Positions 13,215-25,220 of a stretch of DNA of 64,000 nucleotides are shown piece after piece. The stretch is from Chiloscyllium plagiosum. Lineage: Eukaryota. Each line of letters starts with the position of its first letter. The stretch's first letter is position 1. The DNA is taken from positions 49,654,561-49,718,560 of the forward strand of contig NC_057728.1 in NCBI RefSeq assembly GCF_004010195.1, written 5' to 3'. A model generated the notes under the pieces. It saw nothing but the letters and a program-made list of their open reading frames with translations, searched no databases and was not told where the DNA came from. The translations under genes were made by a program, and so were the position numbers.

Positions 13215-13560
13215 AATACAGATGTACAGCATGGAAACAGACCCTTTCGTCCAACTCGTCCATGCCAACCAGATATCCTAAGTTAATCTTGTCTCATTTG
13301 GCCCATATTTTTCTAAACCCTTCCTGTTCACATACCTATCCAGATGCTGTTTACATGTCATAATTGAAGCAGCCTCCACCACTTCCTCTGGCAGCTCATT
13401 CCATGCACGTACAACCCTCTGTGTGAAAGAGTTGTCCATTAGGTCCCTTTTAAATCTTTCTTCTCTCACCTGAAACCTATGCCCTTTAGTTTTGGGCTCC
13501 CCTACCTTTGGGAAAAGACCTTGGTTATTCATTCTGTCCATGCCCCACATGATTTTATGA
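13215..13560 (-). mobile_element. CR1 3' fragment
   Basis: ORF 13278-13550 ..FTQRVVRAWNELPEEVVEA. Confidence 0.85.
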
Positions 13561-13679
13561 ACTTCAAAGGAGACAAATCTAGTAGTTGTTTCAGGTCAAT
13601 TATGTTTTGTACTTATTTACTTAAAAACACTGTTGTGTGACCTCAGGAGAAAAAGTGATGGGGTATCTTGAGCTTGGGG

Positions 13680-13897
13680 ACAAAAGTGAGGATGGCAGAT
13701 GCTGAAGATCAGAGTCAAGATCAGAGTGGTGCTGGAAAAGCACAGTATGTCAGGCAGCATCCGAGGAGCAGGAAAATCCACATTTCAGGCAAAAGCCCTT
13801 CATCAGAAATTAGGCAGGGAGCATCCGGGTTGGAGAGGTAAATGGGAGGGGGTGGGGCTGGGGGGAAGGTAGCTAAGAATACAATAGGTGGATGAAG
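13680..13897 (-). mobile_element. Family A hammerhead element, single arm plus adjacent body
   Basis: Minus strand ctgatgaagggcttttgcctgaaatgtg (cleavage triplet mutated to GUG). Confidence 0.8.
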
Positions 13898-13952
13898 ATG
13901 TTTGGAGTTTGTTTTGTTGGTATGAGTAATCATTTTATCAATCTTGTTTCAG

Positions 13953-14161
13953 GATCCTGTCTATGTGCAGTGTTACAGTCAGTAAAGACTTTGGATATGT
14001 CAAAGATTTTACCCCTAGGACGTCAGCACGGTCTACTGAACGGCATTGATGTGGTGATGAAAAAGCTGGGCCATCTAATCCAAGACTATCTGCCGAAACT
14101 GCTCCAGATCACCTTGTGCATGTGTGCGTCAGTGTCTCATATTCTTCAGCAACGAGACCAG
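13953..14161 (+). CDS. UTP20: UTP20 exon 5 of window
   Basis: tttcag|..CAG|gtaggt; SCLCAVLQSVKTLDMSKILPLGRQHGLLNG...ILQQRDQ. Confidence 0.95.
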
Positions 14162-14849
14162 GTAGGTGTAACTGCGAGGTTAATGTACTCTAACCTGAGT
14201 CAGAAAATGTGTGTGTAATCCAGGCTGACATTCCAGTACAGTGCAGAGGAAGTGCTGCATTATCAGATGGTGCTAATTCTCCAATAAGACAATAAACACA
14301 GCTGCACAATAGTCAAAGACAACATTCCTGCTGTTTTCTGGCTAATAGTTATTGCTCAACCACAATCACAGTAGTTGTTATTATTTTCCCAAATCATTAA
14401 TTGTCACATTGCTGTTTGTAGAATTTTGCTGTCTAGAATTTCCCATGTTTCCTACATTACAAACAGTGACCGCACTGTTTTTCATTGGCTGTTGGATGTC
14501 CAGAAGGTGTGAAGTAAAGGAAATTCCTTTTCAGGTCACCAAAAATTGAGACAACTGTTCCTAAAGTAGGTTAGTCTCCCTTCCCTCACATTCTGCTAAT
14601 TTCCACACCGAGACTGAAATTTCTTCTGGCATATTTAGTGGTTTCAGACTTGTCATGATGTTCTTGTCTGCTGTGAGTCGGGTACTGGCTGAACTCTGTC
14701 TCTGGTTACTTGGCATTAAACTAAAGCTCAGGATTAGCATTGCAGGTGTATGCAACAACCAACTGCTGGGTGAATCCTGAGAAGGAGGACTTCTGTGAGG
14801 ATTATGGAGTAGAGAGAGAGGAGTCGTGGGGATAACTTGATAGCCACAA

Positions 14850-15460
14850 TAGGTAAATTGAACTCTGTCCCGCTTAGCATGGTGACAGTGCCACACCAAC
14901 ACGATGGAGGATATTCTCAATGTGAAGGTGGGACTTTGTCTTCACAAGGATTGTGCAGTAGTCACTCTTACTGATACTGTCATGAATAGATGCATCTGCA
15001 GCTGACAGATTGGTGAGGATGAGGTCAGGTGTGTTTTTCCATCTTGTTGGTTCCCTCACCACCTTCCATAGACCCAGTCTAGCAGCATTATTCTTTACAC
15101 CCTGATCAGTTCGATCAGTAGGGCTGCTGCCAAGCTACTGTTGGTGGTAGACATTGAAATTCCACACCCAGAGCACGTTTTGCACCCTTGACACCCTCAG
15201 CGCTTTCTCTAAGTGTTGTTCAACATGGAGGAAGATTGATTCTTCAGCTGAGGGTTGATAATATATGGTAACCAGCAGGAGATTTCCTTGCCCGGGTTTA
15301 ACTTGCAGCCCTGAGACTTCCTGGGGCCCAGAGTCAATATTGAGGACTCCCAAGGCAATTCCCTTCCAACTGCACCCCACTGTGCTACCACCTCTGCTGG
15401 GCCTGTCCTTCTGATAGGACAGGTCATATCCACTGATCGTGTTTTCTGGGATATTGTCTT
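14850..15460 (-). mobile_element. LINE endonuclease fragment (second CR1/L2-like family)
   Basis: GQGNLLLVTIYYQPS..VLWVWNFNV and REPTR..PDLILTN APE-type motifs, frameshifted. Confidence 0.75.
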
Positions 15461-15804
15461 ACTGAACCACTCAAGATTCTGAGGGTTTTTTAAACATTCA
15501 TTTATTTGTGGGGTACAGGTGTTGCTGGCTGCGCCAACATTTATTCCCTACCCCTAACTGCCATTAAGATAGAGGTAAGCTGTCACTTTGAATCAGTGCA
15601 ATCCCTGTGCTGTTGTTAGACCCACACTGTAACATGGTGGCTCAGTGGTTAGCACTGCTGCCTCACAGCGCCATGGATCCGGGTTCGATTCCCGCCTTGG
15701 GCGACTGTCTGTTCCTCCTGCTCAGCGTTTTCATTCCTTTCATAAATCACCCAGATTCGATTGACCTCACAGTTTACTGTGGCAGAATAGGAGCATAGGT
15801 CTGC

Positions 15805-16230
15805 TGTGGCTCAGAGGGTAGCGTTCTCGCCTCTGACTGAGAGGGCTTGAGTCTTGCTTCAGAGACTTGAGGGCAGAAATTGGAGGTGACCAGAGCTGTA
15901 CTGAGAGAGTACTGCACCATCAGAAGTATGTCTTCTAGGTGACCTATCAAAACGGGATCTTGTCTGTCCTTGCAACCAGTGAAAAATCATGTGGCATTGC
16001 TTTGAAGAGCAGCAGTGGAGGTACTCCAGTATCCTGGCCAACACTTCTCCCCTCAGTCAGCATCCCAAAACCAATGCTCTGACGTTATCTTGCAGCTGTT
16101 AGTGGACTCTCACCGGGTAGAAGTTGGCTGCCACATTGTCTAAATTCAACCAAGGTGATGCTTTTAAGATACTTTAAAACACTTTGGAGTATTGTGAAAG
16201 GCATTATATAAACAAAGTCCTTGTCTTTTC
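15805..16230 (+). mobile_element. DeuSINE-like (SacSINE1-type) SINE, old
   Basis: tRNA-like head ggctcagagggtagc, gtactgagagagtactgcac, Deu-domain-like tggcattgctttgaagagcag..tcctggccaa, tail gaaaggcattatataaa. Confidence 0.7.
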
Positions 16231-16369
16231 ATTTTCTCTTGGCATCTCTTCAGGAACAGAAGTATGGTACTGCTGAACCCTTTGTTTGTGATGTGGAATA
16301 TTGGTCAGAACTGGCAAGTGTTACAATTAAGGATTTACATTGTTTTTGTTTGCCTTTTCTTGTTTTCAG

Positions 16370-16513
16370 ATCCAACCGCGGTGCATAAACCAGCTAAAAT
16401 ATTTGAGACGTCTGGGAATAAATCAGATTGCTACTTTCTTTAATGACTTTGAGTCCTACGCTTTCACAGCAGAAGAGATTGACGCATTGTTTCACGGTGT
16501 TGTGTGGCCACAG
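16370..16513 (+). CDS. UTP20: UTP20 exon 6 of window
   Basis: tttcag|..CAG|gtaaca; IQPRCINQLKYLRRLGINQ...FHGVVWPQ. Confidence 0.95.
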
Positions 16514-16974
16514 GTAACAGTCTCTCCATTGCTCTCTGCTTTCACCCTGCCCATTCACACCAAAGGCATGCCAATGTGACCCTTAAAAGTTTTGGTTAGT
16601 GTTTTACAAAGAGACCGGTCACTTTTCGACTGTCCAATTGTTTTTGCCTTTACTCTGTCACGGCATGTCAGTGTTGCTGGCATGGCCAGTATTTATTGTC
16701 CATTATAAGTATCTATGTGCTGATTGGCTCTCTTGGATGTTTCAGGGAGCAGTTACACTGCTGTGGGTGTGGAGTCATATGTGGACCAGACCAGTGAGGA
16801 TGGCAGATTTCTTTCCCTGTAGGGCATTTGTGAACCAGATGGGTTTCTGTGACAGTCAGGACTAGCTTTATCATCCAAAGTGAACTTCAGTCCAAAACAT
16901 GCTGGCACAGGAATCTGAGCCTGTGTCCCCAGAGCATTAGTCTGGGCCTCTGGATCAATAGTTGAGTGACACAT

Positions 16975-17297
16975 GCCTCAGTGGTTAGCACTGCCGCCTT
17001 AGAGCTCCAGTGACCAGGTTCAATTCCACCCTCAGATGACTCTGTATGTAGTTTGCACATTCTCCCCATGTTTGCATGGGTTTCCTCCCACAGTCCAAAG
17101 ATATGCAGGTTTGGTGGATTGGCCGTGGTAAATTGCTCATTGTATCTCGGGATATGTATGTTAGGAGGATTAGTCACGGGATTTGCAGGATTACAGGGAT
17201 AGTTTGGGGAGGCTGGTTGTGGGTGGGATGTCCTTCAGAAGGTCAGTGTGGACTCAAGGGAGCGAATGGCCTGTTTCCACACTTTAAGGATTCTGTG
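16975..17297 (+). mobile_element. HE1-type SINE
   Basis: ctcagtggttagcactgccgcc..gtttgcacattctcccc..gcctgtttccacact. Confidence 0.8.
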
Positions 17298-17372
17298 ACG
17301 TCACTATATCGCCAACTCTGTAACTGTCCTGATGCATTGTCTGTTTTCACCTTCACCTTGTCTGATCTGCAG

Positions 17373-17452
17373 ATCGGGAGACTCGCTTCTGAAGGGCAGT
17401 ATGCGCCAACCCCTCTCCTGAAACTGATTCATATCTGGAGCAAGAATTCCAG
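17373..17452 (+). CDS. UTP20: UTP20 exon 7 of window
   Basis: ctgcag|..AG|gtgagg; IGRLASEGQYAPTPLLKLIHIWSKNS(R). Confidence 0.95.
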
Positions 17453-18138
17453 GTGAGGAACACTTCAAAAACTTTCTGAACTTTGTTCATTGGGCTGCTT
17501 TGCATCGGTTTACATTGTGGACTGAACAAATCTTAGGAGTTCCGATATGATACTAAAATACCTCAAAATTTGCAAGGGAACAATGTGGCTCAAGTTATAC
17601 TTGCTAGTTATTTGACACTGTTGTGTGATAGCTCCTCATCATTGGGTATTCCTGTTTGTTGCTGACAACTGAATCTGGAATCTGTGGGTACTGCCAACTC
17701 CTATTGTAAATGGAATGTCTGATTTTAAAATCAGCTCATCTGGAGTTTAATTAGGGCATTGCTCCTGATCAGCAACTAATGACCTATCCTCAATGGAGGC
17801 CTCTCCTGCTTAGTAACTAACTGATGACAATATTTGTTGGTAACTAACTGTCACATCAAAGCCTGTTCTCAGTATAGGAATTCATACAGAAACATAAGAC
17901 TTTGCAGTAGCAGTCGGACAGTCAGGGTTTCGAACCTGTCCCACAATTCAGTAAGATCACGACTGAGCTGGTTGTGGCCTCGACTCTAATGTCCTGTCTG
18001 TACATCTACTCTCAGATTCCTAGTACTTTGAATGTTGTATTCTATTTTATTGTAATTGGGCTGGCAGCTCCCCCAGCTGGTGTGCTGGCTACACTGCGCT
18101 GTGTAGTTTAATAGCCTTGCTCTATGCGTATTTTCCAG

Positions 18139-18365
18139 ATTCTTCCCACTCCTTGCAAAACAGCTTCCTGATCACCCACAGTTGGATGTTCTGACCAACG
18201 TCTTTGCCTTGCTGTCATCTAAGAGGATCGCAGAACCTACGGCGGTGGTTGTCATGGATATCGTTGACAGCCTGTTGAGCATGCCTGACTTCTCACCAAC
18301 AGCACAAGCAAGCGTCCTGACTGTGAACGACACAGCCTTTCTAGAACCTTCCACCATTGCAGGAG
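18139..18365 (+). CDS. UTP20: UTP20 exon 8 of window
   Basis: ttccag|..G|gtacta; FFPLLAKQLPDHPQLDVLTNVFALLSS...PSTIAG; donor chosen because its phase matches the next exon. Confidence 0.9.
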
Positions 18366-20655
18366 GTACTACAACTCCCGTTTGTTGTGTTGTCATGTTT
18401 TATTGTAGAGGTTTGCGTTACTGGGGTTAATCATCCAGAAAGCACAAGCTCAAATCCTGCCATTGGAGTTTGATTTAAAAACTTGAAGGGAACTCAGGAA
18501 GCTGAAATTTGGTTTCAGTAACAGTAATTATAAAGTTATTGTGTTCTCATGTAACCCACACTGGTTCACTAATGTCCTTTTTATGAAAGGAAGTCTGCTG
18601 TCCAGTTCCACACCAATATGATCGATTCTGAAATGCTGTCTGAGTCAAGCCACTCTGTAAAGTCAAACACACTGTCAGGGGCACAAGAAAACACCCCCAC
18701 CCCTCGTCACTCCTCTGGATAACTTGGGAGGAATTTAAATGTTATTAACCCTTAGTTCCCTTATTCCCATCTTCTGAAATGATTCAAAATGAAAAGCTTT
18801 AGTGGCAAGAGTGGTAATGCTATACCCTGTGAACAGCCGAAATTTGAACAATAGCGCAAACAGCATCGTTGTACCCTAGGCAGGAGAGCAATCTCTAGGT
18901 TACTACACCCTGGTCATGCCCCAGGTATTGTTGTGTCAGTCAGTGTGAGGGACAGATGAAGGACCCTCTTCCAGGCTCCATGTGCAGGCTGGGTTCAAAC
19001 CTCCTCTGGCCAAGGGGAGGGAATTAAACACTTTGTCTTTCCATGGAATTGCTTATGTTTCCTTTTCAAGCATCATTGCCAATGAAGGCTGAGTCAACCT
19101 AATCACTTCATGTGCCTTGACTTGACTGACCCAATTATAAAATATACGAGTTACTGATTTGTCCATCAGACCCATGTCCACCTCTCCGGATTTCCCACAC
19201 TTGGCCACCATCAGCTTGTAAACTTGTTCGTGCTGATAGCTAGCCAGAGCAAGTGGCCCCAGCAGTCTGTTTGGTCATCTTGGCTATGTCTATATCTGAG
19301 CCTCTAAGATCCCACTCTGGTGGTGATAATCTCTTAGCTCTCACGCAGCAAGCTGCTGGTTTACAAACCTGTTTAGATTTCTCCTGAAGGTTTCCTTCAG
19401 TCACTGTTGTACAGCACGGAAACAAACCCTTCAGTCCAACCAGTCCATGCTGACCATGATCCCAGTCGTTGAGTTCCTCTGGGCCAACAAATACTTGACC
19501 AGACTGGGCTCAGACCAAGTATGTCACCTCTTAGCAAGCTTTTACCCAGAGCATCGTGCAAGTAGGATTAAAAAATGATACTTCAGTATAAGCAACATTG
19601 TATCACAACTATGAAAGCACTAATTTACAATTGATTAGTGCTTAAGTTAGTTTTTTGTTAATGCTTTCTAACGGTTGTTTGCTCATGTGAGAGAATCGAC
19701 AATTAGTGGTCACTGTTTAAAAACAAATGGTCACCCATTTTAGACTGAGATGAGAATTTCTTTTAAAATCTCGCAGAGGGTCATGAATTCCCTTCCTCAA
19801 AGGGCAGTGGAAGAAGAGTCCCTTAATATTTTTAAGGCAGAGGTGCATAGATTCTCAAGAAATAATGGGGTGGAAAGTTACTGAATGGCAGGAACATGAA
19901 TTAATTAGATGAACCCTGACCTAATCGAGTTTCAGAACAAGCTCGAGGTCACGTGACTTATTCCTGCTCCTAATTTGTATATTTGAATGTAAGTTTGTAA
20001 TTAGCAAGAAAACTTAACGTTGCACTTTTCCAAATTCCATTGAAGTTGACATCACCTGATTGTGTTTAAGTGTTTCATTGAATTCCATTCACGGAGTTCA
20101 GAATGTAAGAAACTGGAGCTAGATCGGGGCCTGGCAGCTCTGTTCCACTGTTGAGCCAGATCACAACTGATCTCCCTAAACTCCACATTCTCACCTGATC
20201 TCTGTCAAGGGCAGGAAGAAGCCTGTGTCCAGTTCTCCAGATGTGTTTTCCCTTTCTAATTGATTCAACCTCACTATGTTGTGTGTCAGATAACTGAAAG
20301 TTTGGGCAGGAGATGTCTAAGAAGTCTTGTTGTTTTTACAAAGACCGTTCAAGATAAAGGAACAGGTTCTGTCAGAGAATGTGGCATGGTAATGAACCCC
20401 CCCCCCCAACTTTCTGTAATGGCCATCACAACCTGAGGACACCCCACAGTATCTATATGAAATCGAATATTTATGAAGAGTGATCACTGTTGTAATATTG
20501 GGAAACACAGGAGCCAATCTTACAAACAACACAGAAGTGGCTGATCTTCACACCCAACCCCTACTCCTGCCCCATTGTCACTTGTAACTCTATTTTTTTA
20601 CTGATAAAGATTGCTTTATAAATCAGGTGTCCCACTGTCTCCCTTCATGTTAGAG

Positions 20656-20883
20656 TCGAGAGTGTGGTGCTGGGAAAGCACAGCAAGACAGGCAGCATCT
20701 GAGGAGCAGGAGTATCGACGTTTTGGGAAAGAGCCCTTTATCGGGAATGAGCCTCATTTCTGACAAAGGGCTTATCCCCGTAATGTTGACTGTCCTGCTC
20801 CTTGGATGCTGCCTGACCTGCTGTGCTTTTCCAGCACCACATTCTTTACTTTGATCTCCAGGCACCTGCAGTACTCACTTTCT
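20656..20883. mobile_element. Fold-back hammerhead element, family A (both cores decayed)
   Basis: Inverted arms; TSD ccttcat(g/a)ttagag at 20642-20655 and 20884-20897. Confidence 0.85.
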
Positions 20884-20934
20884 CCTTCATATTAGAGCCT
20901 ATTAACTTAAATATCCTCCCACTATTTGTCATAG

Positions 20935-21079
20935 AATCGGCAAGCATGGGGATATGTCTTATTCTGCCTCATATTTCCACCATCCTGCGGCATCTTAACA
21001 AAGCTGTTGGAAATACAGAACGAATGAAGAAGAAAAAATTCCAAACACAAGTCAGTAAAGATTTGAGCATCCTTTCGAG
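20935..21079 (+). CDS. UTP20: UTP20 exon 9 of window
   Basis: tcatag|..AG|gtacag; (E)SASMGICLILPHISTILRHLNK...SKDLSILS(R). Confidence 0.93.
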
Positions 21080-21207
21080 GTACAGTTTTCTGTCTCATTT
21101 ACCCTTTCGTACATTACAAATTATTACACTTCCATTTCCTACAAGAAACTAATTCTTGGGAGAGCCATGGACCTGACCAGCATTTATTGCTCACCTTTAA
21201 GTTTTTT

Positions 21208-21513
21208 TTAGATTAGATTCCCTACAGTGTGGAAACAGGCCCTTTGGCCCAACATGTCCACACCAACCCTCCAAAGAGTAACCCACCCAGACCCATTTCC
21301 CTTTGACTAATGCACCTAACACTATGGGTAATTTAGCATGGTCAGTTCACCTGACATGTACATCTTTGGATGTGGGAGGAAACCGGAGCACTTGGAGGAA
21401 ACCCACGCAGACACGGGGAGAACGTGCAAACTCAACACAGACAGTCGCCCGCGGCTGAAATCGAACCTGGGACTCTGGTGCTGTGAGGCAGCAATGCTAA
21501 CCACTGAGCCACC
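21208..21513 (-). mobile_element. HE1-type SINE
   Basis: Reverse complement of HE1 with (TAGAT)n tail. Confidence 0.9.
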
Positions 21514-22194
21514 GGTTGAGAAGGTGATAGTGAACTGCTGCGGTCTGTTTGGTGTCAGTAGATCCACAATGCTGTTAGGGTGGAAGTTCCCAAACCCAGT
21601 GACACCGATGATGTATTTCCAAGTCAGGGTGATGTACGCCTTGATGGGGAACTTGCTGATGCTGGTGTTTCCATGTATCTGCTGCCCAAATCCTTCCGAG
21701 TGGTAAAGATTGCAGATTCAGAAGGTACAGTGTTGGTGAATTTCTGAAGTGCATCTTGTAGATGGGCCGTTCCCCTCTCCAATCATGAGCTCAAGGCTAC
21801 TTGTCTTCCTCATGCTTCTCTGACAGACATCAGCAAACTTCACACAGACCAGGAGTCAAATTGAGGAGCTTTTGGCTGTGAGACTCTCACACTGAAGACA
21901 AACTGCTGTCTGCACCCCAAGGTGAGGGCAGTGTGTCTGTGCACTTGCTCTGCCTGCACACTGCTGCTTTTGTGCATCACCAATTTTATCTCATTGCACT
22001 TGAGGCACTGATTGATTTCCAGGGGAATTAATCCGAACATTGAGCTAATTTGCCCCAAAGTAATTCCTCAGTGAATTTTCTAAATTACATTCCTAAATTA
22101 TTTTCATAAATGGTGTGAGTAGTCCATTTTGTGAAATTACATTGTGTGTTGTGTTGAATTCAAAAATCTTTGATAAAATGGGCATATATGGTTA

Positions 22195-22390
22195 AAAAAA
22201 ACTCATCAGGTCTTGGAGCATCTGTGGAGAGAGAACGTTTTGAGTTGATTATGATTCTGTTTTGAAAGATCTCTCTCCACAGATGCTATGTTCACTTTGT
22301 TTCTCACTTCATAGATGCTATTGGATCTAGTGAGTTTCTCCAGCACGTGACTGTTTTTATTTCACATCTCCAGCATTTTGCTTTCATTTT
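22195..22390. mobile_element. Fold-back element, family D, decayed
   Basis: agcatctgtggagagaga / tctctctccacagatgct inverted pair; gagtttctccagca arm shared with 61171-61455. Confidence 0.6.
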
Positions 22391-22496
22391 AGAAATCCTA
22401 AACTTTTTTATAAACCTGTGTAAAAAACCTTGATAAATATGCAGTTTCGTGGAGTAAAGTTTTCCACAACATTTCTATCTGTTGGTTGCTTTCCAG

Positions 22497-22584
22497 GATA
22501 AGTCAGTTTGTACAGGATAAGGAACAGAGCACTGTTTTGATCAATCTCCTGATGCCCTATCTCTTTAAGCCAAACACACCACAG
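22497..22584 (+). CDS. UTP20: UTP20 exon 10 of window
   Basis: ttccag|..CAG|gtaaat; ISQFVQDKEQSTVLINLLMPYLFKPNTPQ. Confidence 0.95.
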
Positions 22585-22590
22585 GTAAAT

Positions 22591-22591
<1 letters not shown>

Positions 22592-22630
<39 letters not shown>

Positions 22631-22639
22631 CGCGCGCGC
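22592..22639. repeat. (TG)n(CG)n compound microsatellite
   Basis: Read directly; starts 7 nt after the exon 10 boundary. Confidence 0.97.
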
Positions 22640-22657
22640 TTGCATCTGGCATTTTTC

Positions 22658-22967
22658 TTAGATTAGATTAGATTACATTACAGTGTGGAAACAGGCCCTT
22701 CGGCCCAACAAGTCCATACTGACCCGCCGAAGCGCAACCCACCCATGCCCCTACATTTACCCCTTACCTAACATTACGGGCAATTTAGCATGGCCAATTC
22801 ACCTGACCTGCACATCTTTGGACTGTGGGAGGAAACCGGAGCACCCGGAGGAAACCCACGCAGACACGGGGAGAATGTGCAAACTCCATACAGTCAGTCG
22901 CCTGAGGCAGGAATTGAACCCCGGTCTCAGGCGCTGTGAGGCAGCAGTGCTAACCACTGAGCCACCG
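22658..22967 (-). mobile_element. HE1-type SINE, young
   Basis: Near-identical reverse complement of 28592-28910. Confidence 0.92.
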
Positions 22968-23185
22968 AATGTTAATATAGGGGTCACTGGAGATTAAGGA
23001 GGCAACACTTTTGATGTGGTGTATTGTCAAAGCCTACCGGAAAGGACATGAAGACAACCAGATAGACTATGAAAGAGACTTAGAATTGCCTTTCTGTTCA
23101 GGATCTTTAATGACTGTGTAACAGCAGCGCTGAGGATTCGGAGGAGGTTGTGCACTTCCAAGGGACTTGGAACAAGTCCCTTAAT

Positions 23186-23917
23186 TAGAACATAGAACAT
23201 AGAACATAGAAAAATACAGTGCAGTACAGGCCCTTTGGCCCTCGATGTTGCGCCAATCCAAGCCCACCTAACCTACACTAGCCCACTATCCTCCATATGT
23301 CTATCCAAAGCCCGTTTAAATGCCCATAAAGAGGGAGAGTCCATCACTGCTACTGGCAGGGCATTCCATGAACTCACGACTCGCTGAGTAAAGAATCTAC
23401 CCCATCTGTCCTATACCTACCACCCCTTAATTTAAAGCTATGCCCCCTCGTAATAGCTGACTCCATACGTGGAAAAAGGTTCTCATGGTCAACCCTATCT
23501 AAACCCCTAATCATCTTGTACACCTCTACCAAGTCACCCCTAAACCTTCTTTTCCCCAATGAAAACAGCCCCAAGTGCCTCAGCCTTTCCTCATACAATC
23601 TTCCTACCATACCAGGCAACATCCTGGTAAACCACCTCTGCACCCGTTCCAGTGCCTCCACATCCTTCCAATAGTATGGCGACCAAAACTGCACACAATA
23701 TTCCAGATGCACCCGCACCAGAGTCTTATACAACTGCAACATGACCGCAGCGCTCCGGAACTCAATTCCTCTACCAATAAAAGCCAGTACGCCATATGCC
23801 TTCCTCACCCCACTATTTACCTGGGTGGCAACTTTCAGAGATCTGTGTACATGGACACCAAGATCCCTCTGCTCATCCACACTACCAAGTATCCGACCAT
23901 TAGCCCAGTACCCCATC
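23186..23917 (-). mobile_element. 5'-truncated CR1 LINE
   Basis: ORF 23374-23979 RDLGVHVHRSLKVATQV..LEYCVQFWSP; (CATAGAA)n tail similar to 754. Confidence 0.93.
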
Positions 23918-24231
23918 TTTTGCCTACATGTCAGTATGGTCAGGAGATACAGCTTTAATGTGATTGGAAAATGAGCCAAAGGAAAGATGAGTATTGAAAA
24001 AATAAATAGGGCTTTAAGTTAAAATGATCAGGAATGGACAGCCTTAGAAGACAGTGGAAGCAAATTCAGCAATGACTTTCAACAGAGAGTTCGATAAACA
24101 CTTGAAAAGAAAAGATTTCCAACAGCAGTGGGAAGAGAGCAAGGAGGTGGGGCAACTTTGATAGCTCTTGGTGGGTTGAATGGCATCTGATTGTGTTTGA
24201 TTCTCTGAATTGGTGGCGCGATTTGTAACTG

Positions 24232-24282
24232 AAAAATGTGTTGCTGGAAAAGCGCAGCAGGTCAGGCAGCATCCAAGGAGCA
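24232..24282. mobile_element. 51-bp family A mini-insertion
   Basis: aatgtgttgctggaaaagcgcagcaggtcaggcagcatcc flanked by perfect gatttgtaactg at 24220-24231 and 24283-24294. Confidence 0.85.
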
Positions 24283-24594
24283 GATTTGTAACTGGTTTGG
24301 AATGGATAGGATTTCTGTAACCAGTTATTGATAAATGGGGCCAGTCTCCCAGACAACCAGATAGTGTTAGCTGGAAGCTTTTGTACCATTGCATTGGCAA
24401 GCATTTGGTTCTGATTTCTTACATTGGACCAGCTACTGGTGATAAATATTTTCATTGTGATATCTGGCTGAGAACCATCAGCTCCAGGTGATTGACCAGG
24501 GGAATGGGGTACAGTAAAATGTGAGTTGTATGTCACAAACCTCCTCATGGAGTAGAAAAATATAGAGTCTCATCATTTTCTGCACTTCCCAAAG

Positions 24595-24738
24595 GATACT
24601 GAGATTGACATCCTGAAAACCATTCAGAACCTCCTGCAGCACTGCTCTGAGCCCGCCACGTTCATCAAGCCACTGGCTGCCCTTTTCTCTGTCATTCAAA
24701 ACAGGCTGTCTCGGCAGACCCTCTGCTCCATCTTCCAG
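24595..24738 (+). CDS. UTP20: UTP20 exon 11 of window
   Basis: ccaaag|..CAG|gtatag; DTEIDILKTIQNLLQHCSEPATFIKPLAALFSVIQNRLSRQTLCSIFQ. Confidence 0.95.
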
Positions 24739-24894
24739 GTATAGTTACACAACAACTAAGTAATGGATCTGGATGATTGTTTGTTTTTCAAAGTTGTTTC
24801 TCCATTGCTTCAGAAAAGTTGACTTTGTGTTGTTTTGCTTTTCTAACCTTGTCTATATTCCGAACTGCTTAGGTATCAGTTATGTCTTGGAGGG

Positions 24895-25220
24895 TATGCC
24901 CTCCTTGAGGTCAAAGACCATGGCTCAAGTTCCCCTCTAGACACTTGAGCACTAAATCCAGGTTAACTCTGCATTGCTGAGGGAGAGCTGCACAGTCAGA
25001 AATACTGCCTCTTTCAGATGAGGTGTTAAACTAGGACCCAGGCTGTTTGCTTGGGTGCATGTAGAAGATCCCATGGTCACTATCCCGAAGAAAAGTAGGT
25101 AGATGTGCTGGCCAATAATGATCAGTCAACAGTTGTCACTTTTCGAAAACAAAACGCTCTTTATCTAGTGATATTGAATTGCTGTTTATGGGATCTTACT
25201 GTGTCAAAAACTAGCTGCAT
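24895..25220 (+). mobile_element. DeuSINE-like SINE, old
   Basis: gacacttgagcac..gctgagggagagctgcac..gaagatcccatgg..gctggccaata. Confidence 0.7.
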
